Shown here in pieces: positions 18,801-37,996 of a stretch of DNA of 64,000 bases. Each line of letters opens with the position of its first letter. Within the stretch, counting starts at the first letter, position 1. Source of the DNA: the human T2T-CHM13v2.0 reference genome, Homo sapiens; the NCBI RefSeq assembly GCF_009914755.1, contig NC_060947.1. One strand, given 5' to 3'. Both the position numbers and the translations under genes were made by a program. Below the pieces are notes generated by a model that saw nothing but the letters and a program-made list of their open reading frames with translations, ran no database searches and was not told the origin of the DNA.

Positions 18801-21800
18801 TTTTTTGTGTCTCTATCTTCTTCAGTTCTGCTCTGATTTTAGCTATTTCTTGCCTTCTGCTAGCTTTCGAATTTGTTTGCTCTTGCTTCTCTAGTTCTTT
18901 TAATTGTGATGTTAGTGTGTCAATTTTAGATCTTTCCTGCTTTCTCTTATGAGCATTTAGTGCTATAAATTTTCCTCTAAACACTGCTTTAATTGTGTCC
19001 CAGAGATTCTGGTACATTGTGTCTTTGTTCTCATGTGTTTCAAAGAACTTACTTAGATCTGCCTTAACTTTGTTATTTCCCCTGTAGTCATTCAGGGACA
19101 GGTTGTTCAGTTTCTATGTAGTTGTGTGGTTTTGAGTGAGTTTCTTAATCCTGAGTTCTAATTTTATTGCACTGTGATCTGAGATACTGTTATGATTTCC
19201 GTTTTTTTCATTTGCTAAGGAGTGCTTTATTTCCAATTATGTGGTCAATTTTAGAATAAGTGTGATGTGACGCTGTGAAGGATGTATAGTCTGTTGGTTG
19301 GGGGTGGAGAGTTCTGTAAATGTGTATTAGTTCTGCTTGGTCCAGAGCTGAGTTCAAGTCCTGGATATGCTTGTTAATTTTCTGTCTCGTTGATCTGTCT
19401 AATATTGACAGTGGTGTGTTAAAGTCTCCCACTATCATTATGTGGGAGTCTAAGTCTCTTTGTAGGTCTCCAAGAACTTGCTGTATGAATCTGTGTGCTC
19501 CTGTATTGGGTGCATATATATTTAGGATAGTTAGCTCTTCTTGTTACATTGATCCCTTTACCATAATATAATGCCCTTCTTTGTCTCTTTTGATCTTTGT
19601 TGGTTTCAAGTCTGTTTTATCAGAGACTAGGATTGCAACCCCTGCTATTTTTTGCTTTCCATTTGCTTTGGAAATATTATTCCATCTCTTTATTTTGAGC
19701 CTATATGTGTCTTTGCAAGTGAGATGAGTCTCCTGAATCAGCACATTGATGGGTCTCCTCTCTTTAACCAATTTACCAGGCTGTGTCTTTTAATTGGGGT
19801 GTTTAGCCTGTTTACATTTAAGGTTAATATTGTTATGTGTGAAGTTGATCCTGTCATTATGATGCTAGCTGGTTATTTTGGCCATTAGTTGATGAAGTTT
19901 CTTCATAGTGTCAATGGTCTTTTCAATTTGGTATGTTTTTGTGGTGGCTGGTACTGGTTTTTCCTTTCCATGTTTAGTGCTACCTTCAGGAGTTCTTGTA
20001 AGGCAGGCCTGGTGGTGAAAAAGTCTCTCAGCTTTTATTTTTCCTTCGTTTATGAAGCTTAGTTTGGCTGGATATGAAATTCTGGGTTGAAAATTCTTTT
20101 CTTTAAGAATGTTGAATATTAACCCCCACTCTCTTCTGGCTTGTAGGGTTTTTTCCAGAGACATCCGCTGTTAGTCTGATTAACTTCCTTTTGTGGGTAA
20201 CCCGACCTTTCTCTCTGGCTGCCCTTAACATTTTTTCCTTCATTTCGACCTTGGTGAATCTGATGAGATTATGTGTCTTGGGGTTGCTCTCTCGATGAAT
20301 ATCATTGAGGTGCTCTCTGTATTTCCTGAATTTGAATGTTGGCCTGTCTTGCTAGCATGGGGAAGTTCTTCTGGATAATATCCTGAAGAGTGTTTTCCAA
20401 CTTGTTTTCATTCTCCCCATCATTTTCATGTACACCCATCAAACGTAGGTTTGGTCTTTTCACATAGTCCCATATTTCTTGGAGGCTTTGTTCGTGCCTT
20501 TTCATTTTTTTTCTCTAATTTTGTCTTCACGCTTTATTTAATTAAGCTGATTTCAATCTCTGATATCTTTTTTTCTGCTTTATCAATTCGGCTATTGATA
20601 CTTGTGTATGCTTCACAAAGTTCTTGTGCTGTGTTTTTCAGGTCCATCTGGTTATTTATGTTCTTTAAATTGGTTATTCTAGTTAGCAATTCATCTAACT
20701 TTTTTTCAAGGATCTTAGCTTCCTTGCATTGGATTAGACCATGCTCCTTTAGCTTTGAAGAGTTTGTTGTTACCCACCTTCTGAAGCCTACTTCTGTCAA
20801 TTCATCAAACTCATTCTCCATCCAGTTTTGTTTCCTTGCTGGCAAGGAGTTGTAATTCTTTGGAGGAAAAAGGGCATTTTTGGAATTTTCAGCCTGTTTG
20901 CGTGGGTTTCTCCCCATCTTCGTGGATTTATCTACCTTTGGTCTTTGATGTTGGTGACTTTTGGATGGGGTTTCTGTGTGGATGCCCTTTTTGTTGATGT
21001 TGATGTTATTCCTTTCTGTTTGTTAGTTTTCCTTCTAATAGTCAGGCCCCTCTGCTGCAGGTCTGCTGGAGTTTGCTGGAGGTCCACTCCAGACCCTGTT
21101 TGCCTGGGTGTCACCAGTGGAGGCTGCAGAACAGCAAAGATTGCTGCCTGTTCCTTCTTCTGGAAGCTTTGTCCCAGAGGGGCACCTGCCAGATACCAGC
21201 CGGAGCTCTCCTGTATGTGGTGTCTGTCAACCCCTCCCAGTCAGGAGGCACAGAGGTCAGGGATCCACTTGAGGAGCCAGTCTGTCCCTTAGCAGAGCTG
21301 GAGCGCTGTGCTGGGAGATTCGCTGCTCTCTTCAGTGCTGGCATGCAGAAGTGTTTGAGTCTGCTGAAGTTGTGCCCACAGCTGCCCCTTTCCCCAGGTG
21401 CTCTGTCCTAGGGAGTTGGGAGTTTTATCTATAAGCCCCTGACTGGGGCTGCTGCCTTATTTTTCAGAGATGCCCTGCCCAGAGAAGAGGAATCTAGAGA
21501 GGCAGTCTGGCTTCAGAGGATTTTCTGAGCTGTGGAAGGCTGTGCCCAGTTGGAATTTCTCCGTGGCTTTGTTTACACTGTGAGGGGAAAACCACCTACA
21601 CAAGCCTCAGTAATGGCAGATGTCCCTCCCCTCACCAAGCTTGAGCCTCCCAGGTTGACTTCAGACTGCTGTGCTGGCAGCAAGAATTTCAAGCCAATGA
21701 ATCTTAGCTTGCTGGGCTCCATGGAGTTAGGATCTGCTGAGCTAGACCACTTGGCTTTCTGGCCTCAGCCTCCTTTCCAGGGGAGTGAATGGTTCTGTCT

Positions 21801-22150
21801 CGCTGGCATTCCAGACACCACTGGGGTATGAAAAAAAACTCCTGCAGCTAGCTCGATGTCTGCCCAAATGGCCACCCAGTTTTGTACTTGAAAACCAGGG
21901 CCCTGGTAGCATAGGCACCAGAGGGAATCTCCTGGTCTGCCAGTTGCGATGACCATGGGAAAAGTGTAGTATCTGGGCTGGAGTGCACCATTCCTCAAGC
22001 CACAGTCTTTCAAGGCTTCCCTTGTCTAGGGAGGGAGTTCCCCGACCCCTTGTGCTTCTCGGGTGAGGTGATGCCCCACCCTGCTTCAGCTCGCCCTCCA
22101 TGGGCTGCATCCACTGTCTAACCATTCCCTATGAGAGGAGCTGGGTACCT
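15816..22150 (-). mobile_element. Near full-length L1PA (L1PA7/8-like): 5'UTR, ORF1 and ORF2 all disrupted
   Basis: Minus-strand ORF1 start MGRNPRKQAENSKN at 20917. ORF2 pieces include [24 protein letters not shown] and [14 protein letters not shown]-like. The 3'UTR is at ~15816-16030. About the first 80 bp of the 5'UTR are missing; many stops and frameshifts. Confidence 0.95.
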
Positions 22151-22887
22151 TAATGTATATGGCCAAACTGTTGTATTAATTTATATAATAAAAAGTTGTA
22201 TTAATTTTTATTTCCATGTGGTTAATTCTAACAATCTTCTTTTATGTTATTAGGTGCTGAATTAATAGGTTAAATATTTAAATTTAAAAAAAATTTTAAA
22301 AATATAAATGACTTTTTCTCATGTGTACTGATTACTAGTGTTTGTTCTCATTTGAATTGCCTTTCCATGTCCCTTGCCATTTTTTAAATTGAGGAATTGA
22401 TTTTTTATGATTTAAAAGAATTATTTATATAATTCTTGAAATATATCCTTTGTTATAGATAATTTAAATATACCCTCCATCCCATTTGTCAACTTTGTTT
22501 ATGGTGTATGTGTATGCACACAGATGCATGAGTTTAAGCATTCAGAATATTTTCTTTTTTTGGGGGGCATATATATGATTTCTTCCTTAATTTGAGTTTA
22601 ATTTTAGCTTTTGCAACTGCTTGTGCCTCGAAAATAGAAACTAGATTTTTTCTTATCCTCCATGGTGTCTATGGTGGGACTTTGCAAATAACAGGGGCCT
22701 AGTAAATGTTTCATTAAAATCAAATCAGTCTTTTGACAGATTTGAAGAATGCAGTGGAATTAGTCAAAGGACATGTTTTTCAGATGACCTTATCCTGAAT
22801 GTGACTTATTGTATATACTTTCTTTCCATTCCTATTGTATACATTCTTGCTAACATTTATTTTTGTCATTTAAAAATTTTAGCCATC

Positions 22888-23335
22888 TGCTATGGTTTGG
22901 ATATGGTTTGTTTGTCCCCAGTAAAGCTCATGCTGAAATTTGATTCCCAGTGTAGTGATGTTGGGAGGTGGGGTCGGTGAGTGGTATTTGGGTAATTGAA
23001 GCTGATTCCTCATGGATGGCTTGGTGACATTCTCGTAGCAGTGAATTCTCACTCTTACAAGATTGGATTAGTTCTTGTAGGAATGGATTAGTTACTGTGA
23101 GAGTAGATTGTTATAAAGCCAGGATGTCCCTCAGATTTTCCTGTCTTCACAGGTGCCTGTTTCCCCTTTGACCCTCTTTGCCATGTTGTGATGCAGCAAA
23201 AAACCCTCATCAGAAGACAGGGCTGTGCTCTTGAACTTCTCAGCCTGTAGAACTGTGAGCAAAATAAATCTCTTTTCTTTGTAAATTACCCAGTCTCAGG
23301 TATTCTTTTATAGTAACACAAAATTGACTAAGATA
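22888..23335 (+). mobile_element. MSTB-like MaLR solo LTR
   Basis: TGCTATGGTTTGGATATGGTTTGTTTGTCCCC..AATTACCCAGTCTCAGGTATTC..GACTAAGATA. Confidence 0.85.
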
Positions 23336-24252
23336 CTATTCTAGTGGGTGTAAAGTGGTATCTCACTGTGGTTTTAATTTATAATACCCTAATAAAAAAT
23401 AATGTTGGGAAACTTTTCATATGTTTATTGGCCATTTAAATATCTTCTTTGGAGAAATGTCTATATAGATCCTTTACCTAATTATGTTGTTTTTTATTGT
23501 TGATGTTAAAATTTTCTTTATATATTTTAGATTTAAGTCCCTTATTAGATGTATGTTTTACAAATGTATTTTTCCATTCTATGGGTTGCCTTTCTACTTT
23601 CTTGATAGCATCGTTTGAAGCACAAAGATTTTAACTTTGATGATGTCCAGTTTACCTATTTTTTATTTTGTTCTTTTGCCTTTAGTGTCATATCTAAGAA
23701 ATCATTGTTTCATAGAAGGTTACAAAGATTTACTCCTAATATTTTATTCTATGAGTGTTATAGTTTCAGCTCTTACATTTAGGTCTTTGACCAATTTTGA
23801 GTTAATTGTTATATATGGTGTGAAGTAGGGGGTTCAACTCTATTTTTTATGTGTGTTTATCCAATTATCCTAGCACTGTTTTTTAAAGATTATTTTTTCC
23901 CCTTGGCATTTTTGTTGAAAATCATTGACTGTAAATATGAAGGTTTATTTCAGAACTAAAAATTTTATATGTCTGTCCTTATGCAGGTAGCACACTGCAC
24001 TGACTGCAGTACCTGCATAGTAAAATTCGACATTGAGGAGTGCTAGTATTCCATTATTGCTCTTCTTTTTAAAAATTGTTTTGACTATTTTGATCTCTTT
24101 GAATTTACATATGAATTTTAGGATCAGCTTGTCAATTTCTACAAATAACTTAGCTGGGGTTCTGTTAGGAATTGTTTTGAATTTCTAGCTCAATTTGAAT
24201 AGTATTGCCATCTTAAGAATATTTAGTCTTCCAATCCATGGACATAGAATGC

Positions 24253-26655
24253 TGATATGGTTTGGATTTGTGTCCCCGCCCAAATCTCATGTTGAATTGT
24301 AATCCCCAGTGGAGGGCCCAGAGGAGGGGCCTGGTGAGAGGTGATTGGATCATAGGAGTGGATTTCTCCCTTGCTTTTCTCATGATAGTGAGTGAGTTCT
24401 CATGAGATCTGGTTGTTTAAAAGTATGTAACATCTCCCACTTCATCCTCTTTTCCTCCTGCTCTGGCCAGGTAAAACATGCTTCCTTTTTATTTGCCTCC
24501 GCCATCATTGTAAATTTCCTGAGGCCTCCCCAGCCATGCTTCCTGTACAGCCTGAAGAACCATAAGCCAACTACACGTCCTTTCTTTGCAAATTACCCAG
24601 TCTCAGGTATTTCTTTATAACAACGAGAGAATGAACTAATAACAGAAAATTGGTACCTAGGAGTGGGGCATTGCTATAAAGATACCTGAAAATCTGTAAG
24701 CAACTTTAGAACTGGGCGATGGGCAGAGGTTGGAACAGTTTGGAGATCTCAATAGAAGACAGCAAGATGAGGGAAAGTTTGGAACTTCCTAGAGACTTGT
24801 TGAATGGTTGTGACCAAAATACTGATAGTGATATGGACAATGAAGTCCAGGCTCAGGAGGTTTCAGATGGAGATGAGGAACTTACTGGGGACTAGAGAAA
24901 AAGTCATTCTTGCTATGCTTTAGCAAAGAGACTGGAAACATTGTGCCCCTGCTCTAGGGATCTTTGGAACTTTGAACTTGAGAATGATGATTTAGGGTAT
25001 CTGATGGAAGAAATTTCTAAGCAGCAAAATGTTCAAGATGTAGCCAGACTGCTTCTAACACCATATGGTCATATGCATGGGCAAAGAGATGATCTGAAAC
25101 TGGAACTTATATTTGAAAGGGAAGCAGAACATAAAAGTTTAGAAAATTTGCAGCCTGACCATGTGGTAGAAAAAAAATTTTGGTTTCCTTGGGAGGAATT
25201 CAAGCCAGCTGCAGAAATTTGCATAAATGAAGAGGAGCTGAATGTTAATAGCCAAAACAATGGGGAAAATGTCTTGAAGGCATTTCAGAGACCATTGTGG
25301 CAGCCCCTCCCATCACAGGCCTGGCCTAGAAGGGAAGAATAGTTTCATGGTCAGGCCCAGAGCCCGCTGCCCTGCTCAGCCTTGGGACACTGCTCCCTGC
25401 ATCTTAGTCACTCCAGCTCCAGTTGTGGCTAAAAAGGGCCCCAGACATGTCTCAGGCCACTGCTCCACAGAGTGCAAGCTGTAAGTCTTGACAGCTTCAA
25501 CATGGTGTTAGGCCTGCAGGTGCACATAGGGCAAGAGTGGAGGCTTGGGAGCCTCTACCTAGATTTTGGAGGATGTATGGAAACACCTGGATGTCCGTTC
25601 GGAAGTCTGCTGCAGGAGCAGAGACCTCATGGAGAACCTCTACTAGGGCAGTGAGGAGGGGAAATGTGGGGTGGATCCCCCACACAGAGTCTCCACTGGG
25701 GCACTACCTAGTGGAGCTGTGAGAAGACAGCCACCATCCTCCAGACCCCAGAATGGTAGATCCACTGACAGCTTGCACCATGCTCTTGGAAAAGCTGCAG
25801 GCACTCAATGCCAGTCCATGAAAGCAGCTGAGGGAGCTGTACCCTGCAGAGCCACAGGGGAACAGGTGCTCTGGGCCTTGGGAACCCACCCCTTGCATCA
25901 GGATGGCCTGGATTTGAGACACGGAGTCAAAAGAAGTTATTTTGGAGTTTTAAGATTTAATGACTGCCCTGCTGGGTTATGGACTTGCATGGGGCCTGTA
26001 GTCTCTTTGTTTTGCCTGTCTCTCTTTTGGAATAATTGTGTTTACCCAATGCCTGTACCTGATTGTATCTTGGAAATAACTAACTTGTTTTTGATTTTAC
26101 AGGCTTTCACATAGGTGAAAGGGATTTGCCTTGTCTCAAATGAGACTTTGCACTATGGACTTTTGAGTTAATCTTGAAATGAGTTAAGACTTGGCAGACT
26201 GTTGAGAAGGGATTATTATATTTTACAATGTGAGAAGTACATGAGATTTGAGAGGTACCAGGAGCAGAATGAGATGGTTCGGATTTATATCCCCACCCAA
26301 ATCTCATGTCAAATATAATCCCTAATGTTAGAGAAGGGGCCTGGTAGGGGGTGATTGGATCATGGGGGCAAACTTCCCCCTTGCTGTTCTTGTGATACTG
26401 AGCGAGTTTTCACAAGATCTAGTTGTTTAAAACTGTGTAGCACCTCCCCCTTCACCCTTTCTTCATCCTGCTCTGGCCTTGTAAGATGTGCCTCCTTCCT
26501 CTTCACCTTTTGCCATGATTGTCAGTTTCCTGAGGCCTCTTCAGCCATGCTTCCTGTACAGCCTGTGGAACCATGAGCCAATTAAAGCTCTTTTTTAAAA
26601 TAAATTATCCAATCTCAGGTAGTTCCTTATAGCAATGCGAGTATGGACTAATACA
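24253..26655 (+). mobile_element. Complete MSTA MaLR: LTR (24253-24644), internal region, LTR (26270-26655)
   Basis: Both LTRs run TGA(T/G)ATGGTT..CCCAAATCTCATG..ACTAATA(A)CA. Internal ORF relic CPCSRDLWNFELENDDLGYLMEEISKQQ. 5-bp TSD AATGC at 24248-24252 and 26656-26660. Confidence 0.92.
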
Positions 26656-27044
26656 AATGCCTTTCTATTTATTCAGGTCTTCATCATTTTCTTTCATTAG
26701 CATTGGTAATTTTTAGCCTACAGAACTATACATGTTTTCTTGCATGTATAATTAAATATTTTCTTTGAGTGATTGTACATTATATTGTGTTTTAAATTTT
26801 GATTTCCACGTGGTCATTATTACTATATAAAAATGCGAATGATTTTTGTGTGTTGATGTTGGGTCCTGTGACCTTGATGAGTTCCCATATTAGTTCTAAT
26901 AAGTTTTTTGTATATCTCTTGATATTTCCTATGTAGATCATCATTTCACATGTAAATAGGGACAATTTTACTTCTTCCTTCACAATCTGTTTTCTTTGTT
27001 TCCTCTTTTGCCTTATTGTGATGGCTAGAAATAAGAGTGATAAG

Positions 27045-27715
<671 letters not shown>

Positions 27716-27984
27716 ATTTTTTTTTTGAAACAGAGTCTCGCTCTGTTGCCCAGGCTGGGGTGCAGTGGTGTGATCTCAGCTCACTGCAACCTCCGCCTCC
27801 CGGGTTCAAAGATTCTCCTGCCTTAGCCTCCCAAGTAGCTGGGACTACAGGCACCCACCACCACTCCCGGGTAATTTTCGTATTTTTAGTACAGATGGGG
27901 TTTCACCATGTTGGTCAGGCTGGTCTCGAACTCCTGACCTTGTGATCTGCCTGCCTCCGCCTCCCAAAGTGCTGGGATTACAGG
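27716..27984 (-). mobile_element. Alu (S family, slightly 5'-truncated)
   Basis: Antisense Alu. TSD GAGTAAGCATTCTT (27348-27361) / GAGTGAGCATTCTT (27985-27998) encloses both the Alu and the AT repeat. Confidence 0.93.
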
Positions 27985-28234
27985 GAGTGAGCATTCTTGA
28001 TTTGTTCCCAATTTCATGGGAAAGTATTCAGTCTTTAATTATTAAATATCATGTCAACTGTATGTATAATGTAGACACTCTGTATCAGATTTCTCTGTAT
28101 TCCTAGTTTGCTGAGAGTTTTTATTATTAATGGTTATTGAGTTTTGTTTAATGTTATTTCTCTATCAATTAATATGATCATACAATTTTTCTTCTTTAGC
28201 CCATTGATACTACATGTGTTGCTTTTTAAATATT

Positions 28235-30295
<2,061 letters not shown>

Positions 30296-30374
30296 GCTTT
30301 TTAAATATTGAAAGAACTCTGCAGACATAGACTAACTCTTATGCTTTTATGTTGTATTATTCTTTTTTATAGAC

Positions 30375-30720
30375 TGCTGTGGTCTGAAAGTTTGTGTCCC
30401 TCCAACATTCATATGTTGAAATCTAGTCACTAAGTTGAGGCCATTAAGAGGTGGGGAATTTTGGAAGGTGATTAGATCATGAAGGCAAAACCCTCATTAT
30501 TGGGAATAGTGCCCTCATAAAAGACCCCAGGGAGCTAGCTATCTTCTTCAATCATGTGCCATCTTTCAGTCAGAAAATAGGCCATCACTAGACAATGAAT
30601 CTGCTGGTGACTTGATGTTGGACTTTCCAGTGTCTAGAGCTATGAAAAATAAATTTGTATTATTTATAAACTACCTAGTTTATAGTACTGTGTTATAGCA
30701 GCCTGAATGAAACTACGACA
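30375..30720 (+). mobile_element. MaLR solo LTR (MLT1A/MSTD-like)
   Basis: TGCTGTGGTCTGAAAGTTTGTGTCCCTCC..TTATAGCAGCCTGAATGAAACTACGACA; 5-bp TSD TAGAC at 30370-30374 and 30721-30725. Confidence 0.85.
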
Positions 30721-31294
30721 TAGACTGTTGGATTAGATTTACTTAAATTCAAATGAAGATCTCCACATCTAAGTTTACAAGATGCTGGTCTATACTTTTC
30801 TTGGTTTGCACTGTCTTTGACTGATTTTGGTTTTAAAGTAATACTAGCTTTATAAGATGAATTGAGTAGTGTTTTCTATTTTCTGGAAGAGTTTGTGTAA
30901 AATAAGTGTTAATTCTACTTTAAACATTTGTAAGAATTCTGTAGTGAAACCATCTGATCCTATAGATTTTTCATTCAGGAACTTTTAAATTAATATTTCA
31001 ATTTTGTTAATAATTATAGAAACATCCAGATTGCACATTTCATCTTTATTGAATTTTGGAAGTTTGAGATTTTTAAGAAATTGGTCCTTTTTCTTGTCAA
31101 ATTTTTCAGTGTAACTTTTGAAATAGTATTCCTTATTATCTTTTTAATAGTTGCAGGTTCTATAGAGATACTCTCTACTTTATTCCTAATATTTGGATAT
31201 ATTGTCTCTGTCTTAATCTTTGTCAGTTTTGCTAGAGGTTCGTCAATTTTGTTAATTTTTTTCTCCTAGAGAACCAGCTCTTTGTTTCATCAAT

Positions 31295-31602
31295 TTTTCT
31301 TTTTCTTTTCTTCTTTTTTTTTTTTTTTTTCAAGACCTCACTCTGTTGCCTAGGCTGCAGTGCAGGGGTGCTATCATGGTTCATTGCAGCCTCGACCTCC
31401 TGGGCTCAAGTGATCCTCAGCCTCCCAGGTAACTGGGACTACAGGCACACATCACCATGCCAGGCTAATTTTTATATTTTTTGTAGAGACAGGTTTTTGT
31501 CATGTTGTCTAGGCTGGTCTCAAACTCTTCTGGCTAAAGTGATCTGCCCATCTTAGCTTTCTGAAGTGCTGGGATTATAGTCATGTGCTACTGTGCCCAG
31601 CT
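31295..31602 (-). mobile_element. AluJ
   Basis: J-type diagnostics GCAGCCTCGACCTCCTGGGCTCAAGTGATCCTC and TTTTTGTAGAGACAGG. Confidence 0.9.
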
Positions 31603-31648
31603 GTTTTTTTTTTTAAATATTAAATCTCATTAATTAAAAAGGTGTTTG

Positions 31649-31928
31649 GGCTGGGCAAGGTGGCTCACGCCTGCAATCCCAGCACTTTGGGAGGCCGAGG
31701 CGAGCGGATCACGGGGTCAGGAGTTCGAGACCAGCCTGACCAACATGGTGAAACCCAGTGTCTACTAAAAATACAAAAATTAGCCAGGCATGGTGGCATA
31801 TGCCTGTAATCCCAGCTACTCAGGAGGCTGAGGCAGGAGAATTTCTTGAACTGGGAGGCAGTGAGCCAAGATCGCACCAGTGCATACCAGTCTGGGTAAC
31901 AGAGCAAGACTCCGTCTCAAAAAAAAAG
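31649..31928 (+). mobile_element. Alu (S family)
   Basis: GGCTGGGCAAGGTGGCTCACGCC..GACTCCGTCTC followed by poly(A). Confidence 0.95.
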
Positions 31929-32473
31929 TCTTTACCAATTACTTCCTTCTGTTCACCTTGGGCTTACTTTGCTCTTCTTTTACAAGTTTTTATTTTTGCA
32001 GTAGACATTTTAAAAAAGAGAAGACCTTTTTAAATTAACATTTAATGATGTAGTTTTTCCTCTCGGCACTATTTTAATTCATCCCACATATTTTAATATA
32101 TTCTATTTTGTTTTCATTACGCTCTATGTATTTTCTAATTGAGGTAAAATTCAGGTAATATAAAATTAACCATTTTAAAGTGTACATTTTAGTGACAGTT
32201 AGTATATTGACCATGTTGTATAGCCATAACTTCTGTCTAGTTCCCAAACATTTTTATCCCTACAAAAGTAAATGACATAACCATTAAGTAGCCACTGCCC
32301 ACTGCCCTTTACCCCCAGCCCTGAGCAACCACTAATCTGCTTTCTGTTTCTCTGCATTTACCTATGCTGGATATTTCACATCAATGAAATCATACATTAG
32401 TGACTTTTTGCATCTGGCTGCATTCACTTAACATAATGTTTTTTAAGTTCATTCATATTGTAGCATGTATTAA

Positions 32474-32787
<314 letters not shown>

Positions 32788-33634
32788 TGCTTCATTCTTT
32801 TTAAGACCAAGTAATATTCCACTGTATGGATATACTGCATTTTGTTCATCCATTCCTCAGTTGACATTTGGATTCTTTCCGCTTTTTGGCTATTGTAAAT
32901 AGTGCCATGGCCATCATGCACATGTTTCTGTTTGAATACTTGTTTCTTGGACATATACTTAAAAGTAGAATTTCCCAACAGAAAAGTACAAGGGCTGCAA
33001 TCTTTCCATATCATTCCTAATACTTGATTTTTTCTATTTTAAAGAAATTATAGCCACCCTAGTGGGTATAAAGTGGTCTCCTGCTGTCATTTTGATTTGT
33101 ATTTCCCCAATAGCTAATGATGTTGAAAATATTTTCATATGCTGGCTGATCATTTGCACGTCTTCTTCTTTGGAAAAATGTCTATTCTAATCCTTTTTAT
33201 GTTTTAATTTGGTCAAATGTCACTTGGTTGTTGAGTTGTAACAGTTCTGGGTACTAGAACCTTATCAGGCATGTGATTTGCAGGTATTTTCTCCCATTCT
33301 GTGGATGGTGTTTTTACTTCCTTTGTAGTGACCTTTGATGCACAAAAATTTTTAATTTTGACACTAATTTATCTATTTTTTTGTTTCTTGTGCATTTGGC
33401 GCATACCTAAGACTTCCTTGCCAAATCCAAGGTCTTGAAGACTCACTACATATTTTTTCTAAGAGTTTTATACTTTTCCCTCTTACACTTAGGTCTTTCA
33501 TTTTGAGTTAATTTTTGCATATGGTGTGAGGTAGAATGTCCACTTTTTTTGCATGTAGATATTCAGTTTTTCTAGCATTCTTTGTTGAATATTTTTTCCA
33601 TACTGAAGGATTTTGACATCCTTATTAAACATCA

Positions 33635-33997
<363 letters not shown>

Positions 33998-34558
33998 CTA
34001 TCCCATTAATCTATATGTCCATCCATATGCTAGTATGAGAATATTTTAATTATTGTGGCTCTGTAGTAAGTTTTGAAATAGGGAAGTGTGAGTCTTCTAA
34101 TTTTGTTTTTCTTTCTCTAAATTGTTTTGGCTATACAGGGTCCCTTGCAATTCTACCTGAATTTTAGATCAGCTTTTTCATTTCTGCAACAAGCGCCTTT
34201 GAAAATTTGATTGGGATTACTTTGAAATCCTAGGTCACTTTGTGTAGTATTGGCATCTCAGCAATATGAAGTTTTCCAATCCATGAACACAAGATGTCTT
34301 CTCATTTATTTAGATCTATAATATTTTCAGCAATATTTTATAGGTTTTCAATGTATATATCTTGCATTGTCTTGGTTAAATTTGTTCCTAAGTATTTTAT
34401 TCTTTTTGATTCTATTGTAAATGAAATTGTTTTCTTAATTTCTTTTTCAGATTGTTAATTGCTTGTTTATACATATACAACTGATTTTTGTGTATTGATT
34501 GTGTATCCTGAAACATAGCTGAATTCATTAAATCAGGAAGTTTGTGGAGTTTAAATGA

Positions 34559-37996
<3,438 letters not shown>

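Noticed and set aside
24941-26114. ORFs of 133 and 147 aa
   Set aside because: Broken relics of the MaLR (MSTA) internal ORF.
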